Positions 1-12,894 of a stretch of 64,000 bases of DNA are shown one piece after another. Numbering within the stretch: the stretch's first letter is position 1; each line of letters starts with the position of its first letter. The DNA comes from Eledone cirrhosa. Lineage: Eukaryota. A model generated the notes under the pieces. The model worked only from the letters and a program-made list of their open reading frames with translations, was not told the origin of the DNA and did not search any database. The translations under genes and the position numbers were made by a program. Location: positions 19,034,001 to 19,098,000 of the forward strand of contig OZ024743.1 of the NCBI GenBank assembly GCA_964016885.1, given 5' to 3'.

Positions 1-2
1 TT

Positions 3-716
3 ATAGTAATTGGCGTTAGCATCAAAGATGTTTTTATTGGAGGATATGTTAGATATTCTTATTCCAATATTACTAACTATAGCATTCTTGATATTGGTAG
101 GATGGTTAGATTTAAAGTTAACATAATTTAAGTTCTCATTGTTTTTATGGTAAGGGTAATATAGGCCAGTGTCAAGATTAAGAGATACATCCAAGAAATT
201 AGCTAGTTTGATACTATTATCAAATTCAATTTTTAGGTTATGTTGGTTAAAGAGATTACGTATATTGTTCTTAATAATATTAAGGTTAACTATATTGCAA
301 TTTAGGATAGTAAAGAGTCCATCGTCACGATAAATTCCACCGCGAAGTTGAGGAATTTTCCGACTCAAAGAGTTCAAAATGAAGATACCAATTAAATCAG
401 TCAATTGAGATGAATCGGATGCTCCCATTGTGATGTCGAAGTTGTTAGAGGTTTCGGCTCTGGTCCAATATTCGTTGTTGAACTCTAGGATGGTTTTACG
501 TGCGGTGAGGATGATGTGAAGTTCATCTGTGGTGATGTCAGAATATTTAAGTGCGAAAGATAGAGCATTATTGAGAAGTGAAGGCGAAATGGAGGAATAG
601 TAGCTGGCAATATCAAATTGAATAAATTTTAGTTTGTTTTTATTATCCAATTTGTTGAACCAGCCAATCACCTCAGATGTACCAAACCATAAATTTAGGT
701 TCAAAGAAGAACTCAT
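3..716 (-). CDS. Penelope-like element reverse transcriptase fragment (Hydra-like lineage), open frame running off the window start
   Basis: Manual translation of the minus strand from 716: ...LWFGTSEVIGWFNKL...FIQFDIASYYSSI...FDITMGASDSSQLTDLIG...GGIYRDDGL...NFLDVSLNL...YVNFKSNHP..., with no stop. Carries the RT motifs D..S.Y.SI, MG and YRDD. Absent from the ORF track because it has no stop inside the window. Confidence 0.9.
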   Translation of the reverse strand, partial: MSSSLNLNLWFGTSEVIGWFNKLDNKNKLKFIQFDIASYYSSISPSLLNNALSFALKYSDITTDELHIILTARKTILEFNNEYWTRAETSNNFDITMGASDSSQLTDLIGIFILNSLSRKIPQLRGGIYRDDGLFTILNCNIVNLNIIKNNIRNLFNQHNLKIEFDNSIKLANFLDVSLNLDTGLYYPYHKNNENLNYVNFKSNHPTNIKNAIVSNIGIRISNISSNKNIFDANANYY

Positions 717-2159
717 ATGGTCCTTAAAAGACAAAAAACATTAAATATACCATCTTTTGGAAGAAGGTTTCTTCTGCATCCTCATACTTGAACAGCTCTC
801 TATCTAAAATCTGTAATCTCTGCCTAAATAAAAAATTTACCATTATCTCTAACCTAGATTCTATAATAAATAGACGTACAGATTTGTTTTCTATCTGCCT
901 GCATAAATTGCATAGGACTTTTCACAAAGTATACAGTTAATATTCAATTCTTTATCAATTTAGAATCTTTTCTCAAAGGCACATATACATACACCTCTTT
1001 AAAATATACCCATCTTCCTACCATACTTTAAAGGCCATTATACACTCTATAATACTTGTTTACTCATTACCCTCATTCTATCTTCACCTTGTAAAATCCT
1101 TCATAACATATAAATTTGTTTTTTTTGACGTTAGAATATTCATCCGCAATCATTATTATTTTTTCTCTCTATCATAAATCTTTTTAATCTCAATTTCATC
1201 CTTAATTTTATTTTTTTTTCTCCCCATCAACGAACTCATTCTTAATACATATTAACTCTTTATTCGCATATATTATCAATTCCTTCAATATACAAACTTT
1301 AACTTCACATTATTTTTCTCAAATCCTTCTACACACAAACCTTAATAATTTTTCTCTTCGTTAATTTTGAAATTGCCACAATACTTATCAACATATCCTT
1401 TTTTTGACGTTAGAATATTCATCCACAATTATTATTTTTTCTCTCTATCTTCATACATAAATTCCCTTCGTTAATTTTCAAATTCCTTTAATTTATACAT
1501 TATCTTCCAACGGTTCTCAACCTCTCTATGTAAAACAATATATCTTTTTCTCAGTTATAAAAACTATCTCTTTCTCTCTATCACCCATCTCTCCCTCTCC
1601 ACCTTAACTCTCATCTCCTCCCCCTTTTTTCATCCTTTCCACCCCCCTCCCTAAATAAAATATTTTTTCCTCGCACATATCCTCCCTTCGTTAATTTTCA
1701 AATTTTTTTAATTTATACATTATCTTCCAACGGTTTTCAACCTCTCTATGTAAAACAATATATCTCGTCTCAGTTATAAAAACTATCTCTTTCTCTCTAT
1801 CACCCATCCCTCCCTCTCATCTCCTCCCCTTTTTCATCCTTTCCACCCCCCTCTCTAAATACAATATTTTTTCCCAATATCACACATCAATCTAAAACCA
1901 CTTCTCATATGTTGATTTAAAGCTGCACTATCCACAAGTGTTTTTTAGCCTTCAAATCATGTTCTCCTGTTTTATCTGATGAAAACACAAATATTATTGC
2001 ATGATGATGTTTGTTTTTGAAATGCGCATAATAAAATACATGGAACTCCTTTAACCATCTTTTGATCTTATATTATGTATACTCCAGTCCTACAAACTGT
2101 AGAGTGCTTCTTATCCGATATCTGCATTGCTTTATTGTACTACAATAAAACTCACCTCC

Positions 2160-2160
<1 letters not shown>
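717..2160 (+). mobile_element. Inverted 3' segment (GIY-YIG C-terminus plus 3' UTR/pseudo-LTR) of a PLE, head-to-head with the RT at 3-716
   Basis: 718-938 translates, with a frameshift, as WSLKDK..IKYTIFW...KICNLCLNKKFTII...IINRRTDLFSICLHK, the same C-terminal pattern as the EN at 36957-37330. Followed by an AT-rich UTR with a ~220-bp internal duplication (1465-1670/1685-1880) and a hammerhead, ending at (TA)n. Confidence 0.7.
1968..2038 (+). ncRNA. Type I hammerhead ribozyme, intact core
   Basis: Stem I TGTTTTAT/ATAAAATA; CTGATGA at 1976-1982; 16-bp stem II with one mismatch; GAAA at 2019-2022; palindromic stem III ATGCGCAT; cleavage triplet ATA ending at 2030. Confidence 0.85.
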
Positions 2161-3232
<1,072 letters not shown>

Positions 3233-3356
3233 GATTTCATATTTAGCCTAATACTGGCAGCTGTGTTTTCCTCCCTTTTCGCTCCCCTCCATTTGTTAAA
3301 TGTCTTTCCACCACTCCACCACATACCCCGGAACTCTCTTCCTACCCACTTTTCTT

Positions 3357-3384
3357 CTGATGAAGGGCTTATGCCCGAGACGTC
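3357..3384 (+). ncRNA. Degenerate minimal hammerhead in the 5' pseudo-LTR
   Basis: CTGATGA A GGGC TTAT GCCC GAGAC GTC: GAAA changed to GAGA, no clear stem I. Confidence 0.65.
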
Positions 3385-5305
3385 CCCCCCCCCACTCTCA
3401 AACATGAAACTAATACTAATATCATTTGTACTGCCTCTCTGTTTTTTTATCAGTTTATTTTTTTTAAATATTATACACGCTTACGCGGCGTCCACACCAC
3501 TTTGGAGTACCACATTGACCATCGGCTCAACCCCGATTTAATCCGCTGTAACGAACCTCTGAACTCTTTCCCCAAACTCTCCCACCAAAGCTTTTCTGTC
3601 CTTTTTCAATTATTTTCTATTCTTTTGTATTATTACTTGATTATTTTATTTTATTTTATTTTAATTGTTTATTTCTGCTTATGATTTTTTTGTCTATGAT
3701 TTTTTGTTTATATTTTCACCTCTTTATGATAATTATGATTTTCCCTCCCCCGTTTCTGTTTAACCTTTTTGCACGTACATCCGCACTACACACTTCGCCT
3801 CTCTTCACCTCCCCCCTGTTTTACACTCCGCACCCCCCATGCCAAGCCTGAAATCCTTTCTCCACCAACGCTGCACCCGCCTTAAACATTTGCTCACCAC
3901 CTCCTACCACCCAGCTATCTCCCTTCGGACCTCCAACTCTCCTACCTTCTCTTCGCAAATTATTTTCGGCATTCCAGCCACATCCATTTCCTCAGCCGTT
4001 GCCTCCAACTCCACCTCATACCCCTTGGCTTCCGACTGCACTACCATAACTCCCCCTCCACTTACACCTCCACCCAATGTATCCTCACACGGTCCTCGCG
4101 CCTCCTAATGCGCAACTCCCTAGCTCCTCCTTCTCCACCACCCGCAAACTTGACTACAAACTCACCCGCACCCTCCTCCGCGTCAACTCCGCGTGTCACC
4201 CCCTCCTCGCCCACTCCATCTTCCTCTTCATCCAAAACCTCAACCACAACCTCTTCTCCTTCCTCACCCCCACCAAAGCCCTTAAGGTACACTCGTCCTC
4301 CCCACCACCAACTTAACCCAATGGACCCCACCTCCACGTCACTCATCACACCCCTCCACACGACCCTCCACTACACTCTTCCCTCCCCCATCACACCCCA
4401 ACACCATCTCCTCCCTCCACATCGCCACCCCAAAACCACCACCACCATCACGCCCTCCCCTCCCCCTTTCTCGCACCGACACCGCACCCATCCCCACGCC
4501 ACTTGTTGTCACCATAAACCCTAACTCCCCATTTCCGCACCTGAGCGGTCACTCCTCAGTAGAGGACTGCGCTTCATACCCGACAAACCGCACAGCGACG
4601 AGTTCCGTACTCGAGCGGATGTCGAGCGATTCGTGCGATGCACCAAGCTACAGGCACATTTTCACCAAACCCCACCGGCTCCAAAACGCCCTATGGGACT
4701 TTCCCACCCGGCCCACACACCCTCCACTTCACCATAGATATTAAGTCCCTCTACATCGTTATCTCCCACGTCGACGGCCTACGTGACCTCCGGCACTACC
4801 TCGAAATTCGCTGCACTCGGTGCAGCGCAACATACGTGGGACGGTCTGAACGTCGCCTTGCGGATCGGTTTACGGAGCACCTCCGCGATATTCGTCTAGG
4901 CGGGAGTTCCCCCATCGCCCACCACTTTACCTCCCCTGGACATTCCGCCCACCACATCATAGTCTGCAGCCGAATCCAATGCCATGGGGCAACCACCACC
5001 CGCATTACGGTCGAGCCACACACCATCTTCACCCTACAGACCCACACACACCCCGGTCTGAACTCCCCACCCCTATTCCTTTAGCATTCGACCGCCCCCA
5101 ACACGCACACACCCATCCCCCACTGACACCACTAACACATTCCTCAGTTTCACCCACCCACCCTTGGCCCAACCCACAACTAATAATATTAACACGGTAT
5201 TAAGCATAATACTGGCAGCTGTGTTTTCCTCCCTTTTCTTTCCCCTCCTTTTGTTAAATGTCTTTCCAACACTCCCTCGGAAATCTCTTGCTACCCACCT
5301 TTCTC

Positions 5306-5333
5306 ACGATGACGGGCTCATGCCTGAAACGCC
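5306..5333 (+). ncRNA. Degenerate minimal hammerhead in the 3' pseudo-LTR
   Basis: ACGATGA C GGGC TCAT GCCT GAAAC GCC: CTGA box mutated, GAAAC intact. Paralogous to 3357-3384. Confidence 0.6.
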
Positions 5334-5449
5334 CCACCCCCCTCTCAAGTGTGAAACTAATACTAATATCATTTGTACTGACTCTCTGTTTTTTGTACTC
5401 TTTTTATTTATTAAACTATATATATATATATATATTTATACATATACGC

Positions 5450-6330
5450 ACGGTATTTTTTTCTATTTTCTCCAAAATACAACCCAAAACTCAACACATC
5501 CATCACACATCCAAGCATTCTCCACCGGCGTTACTACCACTAAGAGTACTCACTCCATCTGGGCCAGAATGTAGATTATGGACTGTACCACAGATACGAA
5601 ATTATTCTAAAACGATGTATCTTAGTTAATACCAATTTTAACAATGCTTCCATTGTATGTATGGCCATCTTCTATGCCGTGTAGACCTGGAGAACCAAAC
5701 ATTGCAAAACCATTATAAATCTTTAGGGTTTGCATCCTATGAATATTGGCTTCCCTGGATGTACTATGTAACCCTAATATTTAATAGTTATTTGTTACCT
5801 TATATATTAATACATATTAATATTGCTACTACCACCGCCTACACCAATCTCTCTCAATGTTATTTTATTTCTCTATTTCAATTACTTTATAATTATTACC
5901 AGTGGTAATATAATTTCAATATACTTCATAATATTAATTATTATTATTGCTATTACTGTAATCTTTATTGGAAATCTGAGGAAAGATTTTGAAAGTATTG
6001 CAGTACACAGCTCATTGTAGCATCATGCTACATAATAGATTTATCGTCACTATAGATATCCCCAATCATTATCTACTATATTTTATCATTATATTTACCA
6101 GAAGCGTATTTTGCTAATGCTGTTAATTTATTAACAGATATCTACTAATTTATCATCGTCCTCATCTCATACAGAATCACTAGTCTTCTTAACATCATCC
6201 CCATACATACTACCATTATCTGTCATCTATTCAGTAAATATTGTTTAGCTGACCACAATACATCATGCCTTAGTTTTGTATACATTTCATTTTCTATTAA
6301 TTTATATGAATTAACTTACGCACCTAAATT
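5450..6330 (-). pseudogene. Highly decayed possible PLE (Naiad-like) RT remnant
   Basis: Broken minus-strand peptides such as ...IYSDDKSIM*HDATM...LQYFQNL and PGKPIFIG. A degenerate hammerhead-like motif lies on the opposite strand at 6673-6706. Weak evidence. Confidence 0.3.
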
Positions 6331-6824
6331 ATTTACTTCATCATTTTGATTTGATTTTTTTATCATCATCCCTATTTATTATCATCATCATCATCATAAC
6401 CATCACCATTATCAACATCACTATCGGCATCATCATCATCATCACCATTGTCAACTATATCATCTATGATTCTTCATATGACTGTTCTATTCACACTCTG
6501 TCTTGTAGTGCTTATATGTCAGCAATTACTCACACATTTCCCCCTATTCATTTTTCCTCCTCTCAATTATATATTCTTTCTTTTCTTTCTCTGTCTTGTT
6601 CCTTTTATTTTCCTTTTTTTTCTTATTCCTTACTTTCTTTTCATTTTCAACGTATTACCCGATTTCAACAATCTATCTAATGATCATGTGAGTAAACCGG
6701 TGATAGTCTAGAGTAAGAATACTCATTATTGAGTCATAATAAAGAATATTTAAAATCTACTTCGCTATTGAGTACTTATCAACATGACACCGTCGATATA
6801 TTTGTATATGTATATATATATATA

Positions 6825-9800
6825 CTAGCAGTTTAGCCCGGCGTTGCTCGGGTTTATTCATTTGCTATGAAAAGTTACATATTACAATTAGCATTTTGGA
6901 CAATCAATGATGGGTTAATAATCTTCCAATAGCGAATTAAGTAGACCAAAGTTGCAAGATGGTGACTCTGATGCCGCTGGGTGTCACATCTGTCCGCCAT
7001 GGGTGACCCTACCAGGAAATAGTTTTCCAGACGGCATAGCTCCAACACCTCCAACACCTTCACCAACATCTATAGCACATCTTTGTAGACGATATTGCGT
7101 GTCATCCCTTGAGGAGTGTAAGCAAAACGTGCATTCCTGCTCCCTACGTGGGAACAGGCAACATAAAGTTCAGCATAGAAGAAGCATGGCTCCCCCAAAT
7201 GGATGCCCGCCACCGACAATGTTTACCCTTCTGACTTCTTAATGGACATGGCAAAACATTGTCCATCGGGAATTGGGATCGCCGGAAATCGAACGGGATA
7301 TCTGACGCCGAGGGGAAAAGTTTCATCCTTAGAATGAAAACATTCTCCCCTCTCCCGCACCCCGTTACAATGGTGGCCTCAATCAAGTGGGACGTCATTG
7401 ACTTGACGACCATGCGAGTACCGTTGCACTGCTTTGGTGGGCGCAAGTTCCTTATTAGCATAAAGAGACAGCCAACCCTAAGCTTAAGAATAGGAAGTGG
7501 GAGCCCTGGAGGTTCAAGGGAATTTAATAACTCAACCGGATAATTAACTATATCGTCGGGGTCTGACGTCCGGTAGATATATTTGAAGATGTGCTCTTTA
7601 CCGGGAATTTTCTCAATTGGCTGCTCATTAATAACATTAACCATGGCATTTTTCGGAGCAAAGATGGCTCTTTCGCCGAGCCAATCGAAGTTTTTAAAGT
7701 TAGTTGAGACATTAGGAAAAACTGCATCCCAAAGGTCAGAAAGGCTACTCACAATGTTGCACAGGGAGTCGATTGCTATGCCGCCCTTGTCATCCGCAGG
7801 GACCTTTCCCTCGCCAAGTGCTAAAATGTTCTGAGCAAATGCTGCAGACATGTTGTCACTTTGTGCTCAGGTACAAAGTCTTCACCTGGGGCCACAACGT
7901 GGATAACTTAAGGCAGGCAAGCATTTCATCAGCTCTTGTCCCTTTGGAGATGACAAGCAGCGTTTGCCAAAAATCCCTGATAGCAGACCATAGGAGCCGT
8001 ATAATCCCTAATGTCTTTCACGGTCCTGCCCAATGCCTCAAGGGCGCCCTTGTGTGCCATTGTGCACTAATCCCAAACAATGAGGCAACATTTTCTGAGA
8101 ACCAGAGCTTCGTGTGAGCTCTTGCTGATATTGCATGTTGGTGTCTCAGTTTTTACTCAATCCAAGGGGAGTTTAAAGGTTGAATGTGCTGTCCTGCCTC
8201 TCGGCAGCAAAGTAGCAGCAATTCCGGACGATGCAACGGCCAACGCAATTTATTTCTCCTGACGAATCTTAGCGGGAATCAATTTTGTTACATACGTTTT
8301 TTCCGGTACCCACAGGAGCATCGAGAAAGTAAATAGCCCAAGTCTGATTTTGAACCACGTCAATGATAGTTAAATAGGCCAACATTTGGTCTGACAGACA
8401 TTTGGGCTCATTTTCCTCTAAGTATTAGGAAAGAGATTCGATGTCATATTCTGTTTCCCGCAACAAATCCGGGGCCAACGTGTTAGCTTCATCTGTGGCG
8501 GTTGACGGCAAGCTATACGCCGCCAACTCACTCCCACCCATGTCAAGGAGGGCGTCCTAGATATCAATGAGTGCCCTGTTGTAGATAATGCCGCTGTAAG
8601 CAACTTCCACTGAAGGATACTGCAGATGAGCCAGGCGCAGGAAATCCTCAGACACGAAGTCTCTGTACTTGACCCATAAAGATTTGGGATCACTCAATTC
8701 ACACTTTTGAAGCAAAATGGCAAAGAGTGCCCGTAGACCTTTAGGTGATTTCAACAAAGCACCCTCTGCTAAAGTGGAATCCCATTGCGAATCATCTTCC
8801 AAAGAACCACGCTTAAAGCAGACTTCCCGGTACGTATCACATATTTCTCCATCAACAGTTTTGAGGTGCTGAAAACTTTGTGTGCCTACAAATTCATGCA
8901 GAAGAAGGCGGAGATAAAAGCACTCATGCTGACTTTGGAGCACAGTGTAAACCCTTCGAAGACAGCTGTCAAATTTTACACCAGGATGTCTTTCAACAGC
9001 CTGACCTGACTTTTTTCGCACCCAAGTGTTTTTCGACCATATAAAGTCGAATGGAATCTGGGGGTACACAATTGTTTGTGCAAATGTATCGAAATGGCAA
9101 AGTCTGAAGAAAACTGTCAGAGTGGTCTCTTTCGGATCGGCGGTGGTTTGGTCCGTAAAATAAACCCTTTGCCCATTTTCCAAATGTACCGCAAGCTATA
9201 CGATGGCGGGGTGCCGTTGGTGTAGGGGGCAACCAAATAGGCGCCAAAAAGCTTCATTGCTACTGATGTACCGCCCCGCCAGGTATTCTGTGACCTGATC
9301 AGAGCCCTTATTTACATATCTGCATATGCATTTTATAGACTTGACGGAGTTGCAAAACTCAACGTTGATGTGGGCGTTGAACATCTTCAAGAGAAGCGGG
9401 CAGTAAGGGACCACCCATCTATTGTCGACTTGACCTCCCTTTACTGTTGTGGTGAAGCCACCGTTCTCGGGCCGTCCCCGCCTGTACAGGGGGTACCCAT
9501 CGCCACCAGTCTGATTCTCGTCAACAAACTTTTCGGGGTATCCCTTACTACACGATCCCCCTTTCAGACACGTGTGATGCTCATTAGGACCCGACGCACA
9601 CGGACCATGTTAGCTTTGACTATGTCATATAATTCCAGGTCGGTTGCTGGGTTAGAGATTTCAGCCGAAATTAAGCTGTCTATGGCATTTGAATTGATTT
9701 TATCAGCTAACCAAATCAAAATGTGAGCATGTGGCAGCCCTAGTTTCTGCCATTCGACGTTGAACATGTCAGATTTTACAGCCCCAAATACCTGACCCTT

Positions 9801-10965
9801 TTTTATTAAAGCCATGAGTTTAGCCAGTTTCAGTCTGAACACTCTGGCAATGAGGCCATGTCTGTTCGAATAATTTTGCCCAGGAAAAAGTTCACGGGTT
9901 ACATTCCGATTCATATGTCTATAGCATTAATATGTTATATGAAGTGTTATTTTGCGGGTTGTTATTTTCAATAAGCCGATTGAAAATGCCCCAGATAAGC
10001 CGTATGCCAATACGGAACGCTCAATATGGAACGCTCCACTGCAGTGTTGTCATATAGGGAGTGAAGAGCAACAGAGAGAGTAAAGCAGTTAAATTATAGA
10101 GAGGGGGAATATACGGAACGCTCCATTTGATCATATACATTGTTTTTCTCTCTGCAGTGTTGTCACATAGGGAGTGAAGAGAGACAGAGAGAGTAAAGCA
10201 GTTAAATTATAGGGGGGGGGGGATATACGGAACGCTCCATTTGATCATATACATTGTTTCTCTCTCTGCAGTGTGTCATATAGGGAGTGAAGAGCGACAG
10301 AGAGAGTAAAGCAGTTAAATTATAGAGAGGTCGTTATTGTTACGTTTGTTGTTTTATAAATTCATCTTCTGCTTTTGAATATTTGTTATTTGATGTAAAA
10401 TGTAAGTGTGTAAAATATAACGTTGAGAGAGCAGTATGTATTTAGTGTTATCGGATTTTTAAATTTTGATATTTGATGTATGAGTGTCGTTATGACTGTA
10501 GAGAGGCGTAATATTCTATTCTAGAGGGAGGGAAGAGCGACGAAGAGAGTAAAGCTATGGTTGTTTGTTGTGTTGCTTATGTTTCAAAGTTTGTGCCGCG
10601 TTCCTTCAAAAGAAGTTTGTCGTTGTTCTAAATTGTAATATTGAAAGGGTAGTAGACGGAGGCAGTAACCTTTTAAAGAGAGTTGCAGAGGAGATTGAGA
10701 GTGGAGTAGAGGAAAATATGAACCTTTTAGAGAGAGTTGCAACATGTATGTAGTTTCATATATTTTGGTAGTAGTGAGAGGAGTGAAGCATGTAAGAGAG
10801 AGGGTTACAGCATGTATTTAGTTTTATCGATTTTTCTTTTCATAGAAGCAGGACATTTGGAGCACATTGGAAAGAAATTCATCAAAATCGGTAGAGAAAT
10901 GTGGAAATGCATAAAAATCATACGCACACACAGACAGACATCTACCGTTTTATATATACATATAT
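6825..10965 (-). mobile_element. Helitron, decayed autonomous Rep-Pif1 helicase copy with both termini
   Basis: 3' end on the minus strand is the hairpin CCCGAGC-AAC-GCCGGG then ...CTGCTAG|T at 6825. 5' end reads TATATAAAACGG...TGTCTGTCTGTG...CCGATTTTGATGAA near 10960. Rep motifs VEWQKLGLPHAHIL (9564-9914) and AHINVEFCNSVKSIKCICRYVNKG (9196-9414); helicase Walker A IYFLDAPVGTGK (~8295-8335); Pif1 motifs MLIRNLRPPKQCNGTR and FRRSQFP (7144-7851). Many frameshifts. Confidence 0.93.
10012..10330. repeat. About 3 tandem copies of a ~115-bp unit inside the Helitron 5' region
   Basis: GGAACGCTCC...CTGCAGTGTTGTCA.ATAGGGAGTGAAGAG...GTAAAGCAGTTAAATTATAG recurs at ~10027, 10114 and 10229. Confidence 0.9.
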
Positions 10966-10979
10966 AAGTAGTGGTTTCT

Positions 10980-11307
10980 CTTCTTGCTCACTTCTCACTC
11001 AGGTCGGACGGTCTGTATCTTGATCGCTCATGAAATCCACCCAGCTTATGCTGACCGGATAACCATGTTGCTTGTTTATTCCCATCTTTGCGTTGCTTTC
11101 ATCCTTCTATGTTGTTTACTTGTCTCACTCGCTTTATGCGATTTACTTGTCCCAATAGCTTTTTTTAGTTATTCCTCGCACCAACCTGAGGTATATGATT
11201 TTTAATGCGATGAAATATCAATGATGGTTGGCAAATCACTGACGAAGGACTAATTGTATCATATGTAACCCATGTGCAACCACGCAGTATTCTTCTTTCT
11301 TCTCATG

Positions 11308-11367
<60 letters not shown>

Positions 11368-11711
11368 CTCAGAAGCTCCCGCGTCTTGCGAGGCATGAGG
11401 CAATCATAGTGTTCCATCGCGTTCTGTCAGCAGTCACTTGCATAGCGTCCCGCCATTGTCTGTTTGTCGCTCGCAGGTCCCTCTCAACTGTCTGCCTCCA
11501 GTTCATTTTGGGTCGCCCTCTCCGTCTGCCTCCCTGCGGGCTCCCTTTAAGTACTTGATTCGCCAGTATCTCCCGGGGAAGTCTCAAAGCGTGTCTAAAC
11601 CAGCCCAGGCGTCGCTTGCAGATGGTAGAAGAGAGTAGCTACTGGTTGGTGCGGTTCCTGACTTCTTGGTTTTTTACATGGTCACTCCATTTAATCCCCA
11701 GTATCTTTCGC

Positions 11712-11748
<37 letters not shown>

Positions 11749-12391
11749 TAAAGTTAGTCCTTCATCAGTGATCTTCCAACCATCATTGGTATTTCATCGC
11801 TTTAAAGATCATATACCTCCGGTTGGTGCGAGCAACGACTAAAAAAAGTCGTTGGGACACGTAAATAAAGGGGACACAAAGAGTGTAAACAAACAAAGAT
11901 GGTGAAGCAACGAAAAATGAGGAAGAAGGAGTCAAGTCCCAAATTTCCATGAATATAAGTTCGGTGAAATCGTGAACGAGAGAGAATAAAGACCATTAAA
12001 CCTGGTTGGAATGTGAGCAAGGAAGAAATTACGTACAGGTCTAACGGGAGGAAGAAGGAATCTAGTCTGTGAATTCGGTGAACACAAGTTCTGTGAAATC
12101 GTAGACGAGAGAGAGAAAAAAAGCGAACCTGCCTGACCAAGGGTGCGAAAGAAAATAATTACGCACAGGTCAAACGGGAAGAAGGAGAGGTAGTAACAGA
12201 GAGTGATTGAGTGAAGGGTGAGTAAGAGGCTAACAGAGAGAGTGACTGTTAGAGAGGGTAAAGATACAGAGAAAGAGGAAGCAGTAAGTACGAAATAGAC
12301 GGGTCATCGCGGGGGAAACAATATGTGTAAATATGGGAATAAACGTGCTGCGTGGTTGCTAATGGGTTACATATGAATAAAGTTAGTCCTT
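10980..12391. repeat. Two inverted copies of an unclassified non-coding repeat (10980-11305 plus, 11742-12391 minus)
   Basis: 11160-11255 matches the reverse complement of 11752-11850, and 11245-11290 matches the reverse complement of 12347-12391. The minus copy has terminal direct repeats ATATGAATAAAGTTAGTCCTT at 11742-11762 and 12371-12391. Confidence 0.8.
11363..11714 (-). mobile_element. 5'-truncated RTE-clade LINE 3' fragment inserted in (TA)n
   Basis: Translates LRKILGIKWSDHVKNQEV...KRRLGWFRHALRL...GRRRGRPKMNW...DRTRW, a typical RTE ORF C-terminus. Flanked by (TA)n on both sides. Confidence 0.85.
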
Positions 12392-12894
12392 ATAAATATA
12401 TATATATATACAAAATTAAATTAAGGGTTTCATGTCCGAGAGACATGTACCATATCCACTGCAGAATATGCTCAAAGATTCCAATGAATAGATACGACCA
12501 TTTTATATCAACTAGAAATTCATAGACATATATATATATATATCTAAAATAAACATATGAAACAATCATAGGGGATAATTTATAACAGTGTGTAAGCACA
12601 CATAGCTAGGTAACTAACTAATTAAAGCTCAACTAGAACTTCAAATATAGATACCTTTTAAAATGATTAATTTTCCTTGTATATATTTCATTAAAGAAAA
12701 TATTTCACCATTAATCGGCAAATCGTAGTAGTCAAAACGGATTTTCAACAAGGGAGAAGAGATAACTATCTGTGTTTACACAGCAAATGCATATCTACGA
12801 ATGACTAGCAGCACGTATTGCATTTTTATGACTAGCAGCACGTATTGCATTTTTATTTTAATACACACATCAACCAGCGCACATCAACCAGCGC

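Larger units (their letters stand above)
3246..5415 (+). mobile_element. Internally deleted Neptune-like Penelope element with direct pseudo-LTRs
   Basis: Direct terminal repeats 3246-3470 and 5203-5415 (TAATACTGGCAGCTGTGTTTTCCTCCC...). N-terminal PLE motif ERSLLSRGLRFIP...DEFRTRADVERF at 4540-4660. ORF 4638-5084 joins the RT motif FTIDIKSLYIVISH to the GIY-YIG segment IRCTRCSATYVGRSERRLADRFTEH...PGLN. Confidence 0.88.

Noticed and set aside
4108-4524. Pro/Ser/Thr-rich 138-aa ORF
   Set aside because: Alternative frame of the C-rich PLE N-terminal region; low complexity.
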